From the NCBI GenBank assembly GCA_963770835.1, contig CAVYRH010000005.1:256001-320000 (forward strand): DNA of 64,000 nucleotides, given 5' to 3'. This document shows positions 63,356 to 64,000 of the stretch, piece by piece (the stretch's first letter is position 1; each line of letters begins with the position of its first letter). The DNA comes from an uncultured Pseudomonadota bacterium. Lineage in GTDB: Bacteria; Oederibacteriota; Muellerivitia; Muellerivitales; Muellerivitaceae. The notes under the pieces were generated by a model. It searched no databases. It was not told where the DNA came from and worked only from the letters and a program-made list of their open reading frames with translations. The position numbers and the translations under genes were made by a program.

Positions 63356-64000
63356 ATGCGCTACTGGCTCTTCGCCCTCTTTGTCATGATTAGCCGCTTC
63401 GCTTCCTCCCAGGAAACCGCCACCCCCACTCCCGCACCCAGTTCGAGCCCTACCCCGGGTTTCTACCAGATGAATGAAGTGGTCGTTTACGGGCAACAAT
63501 TGGGAAATAAAATTCTGGAAGGGCCGGACCTGGAAACCTTGGAAGCCGACGGACGCCTGGGGGATCTGCTGGGGGAACTGCCCTCCCTCGAATCCCAGGG
63601 CCTGGGCGGGGCCAAAAGTTTCAGCAACCCCTCGGTGCGGGGAGGGGATACGAACCAGACCGTGATTCTCCTGAACGGGCAAAGGGTGAACCAGGGTTTC
63701 GACCTGGGCACCCTGCCCACCGACGACATTCAAAGCATCGAGCTCATCAAGGGGCCGGGCGCGCTGGCCTATGCCCCCGATGCCACGGGCGGGGTCTTGA
63801 ACATCGTCACGCAAAACGGGGAATCCAAGGGGTTGCTGGGCGCCTCCACCGGCGACTTTGGCACCTACCAATTGCGCGCCGCCACCGGCACCTGGAAAGC
63901 CGGGCCCTGGAAAGCCGGGCCCTGGAAAGCCGGGCCCTGGGAAGCTTCCCTGGGGGGCAACTGGGACCAAACGAACGGCTATGCCGTCAACACCGACCAG
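63356..64000 (+). CDS. TonB-dependent receptor, N-terminal part (runs off window)
   Basis: hand translation: signal peptide, TonB box NEVVVYG, plug motifs SVRGG....TVILLNG and IELIKGP...YAP.ATGGVLNIVT. Confidence 0.9.
   Translation, partial: MRYWLFALFVMISRFASSQETATPTPAPSSSPTPGFYQMNEVVVYGQQLGNKILEGPDLETLEADGRLGDLLGELPSLESQGLGGAKSFSNPSVRGGDTNQTVILLNGQRVNQGFDLGTLPTDDIQSIELIKGPGALAYAPDATGGVLNIVTQNGESKGLLGASTGDFGTYQLRAATGTWKAGPWKAGPWKAGPWEASLGGNWDQTNGYAVNTDQ

Overview
Bacterial chromosomal window from an outer-membrane-bearing organism; taxonomy is not assigned. 1-28.7 kb is a co-directional housekeeping run: lysA-dapA-dapB-dapL, folK-dNK-panBCD, nadA-nadX, a PilH/I/G-like ABC module, a TPR protein, pfkB, xseA...xseB-ispA-dxs, an M23 peptidase and a frameshifted fused IOR. 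Its intergenic gaps carry several families of short palindromic repeats. 28.7-49 kb encodes envelope and surface proteins: an amidase, a YARHG protein, a 2.7-kaa Gly-rich autotransporter and a FecR/beta-barrel/NHL-lipoprotein trio. The main find is at 49.9-63.3 kb, an integron-like array of unrelated, co-oriented gene units (two PIN toxin-antitoxin pairs, lipoproteins, a D,D-dipeptidase/VanW block, a GH16). The units are separated by eight direct copies of a 30-bp site, TTGTCCA-N16-TGGACAA, with an invariant central GA. This is the geometry of serine-recombinase crossover sites, not of attC or CRISPR repeats. One site is split by an 800-nt ORF-less group II intron whose EBS1 matches the site arm, and three others carry 23-64 bp hairpin insertions. 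An intact IS5 and an IS1595-like MITE also lie in the array. No recombinase gene is visible in the window, so the mechanism is inferred.
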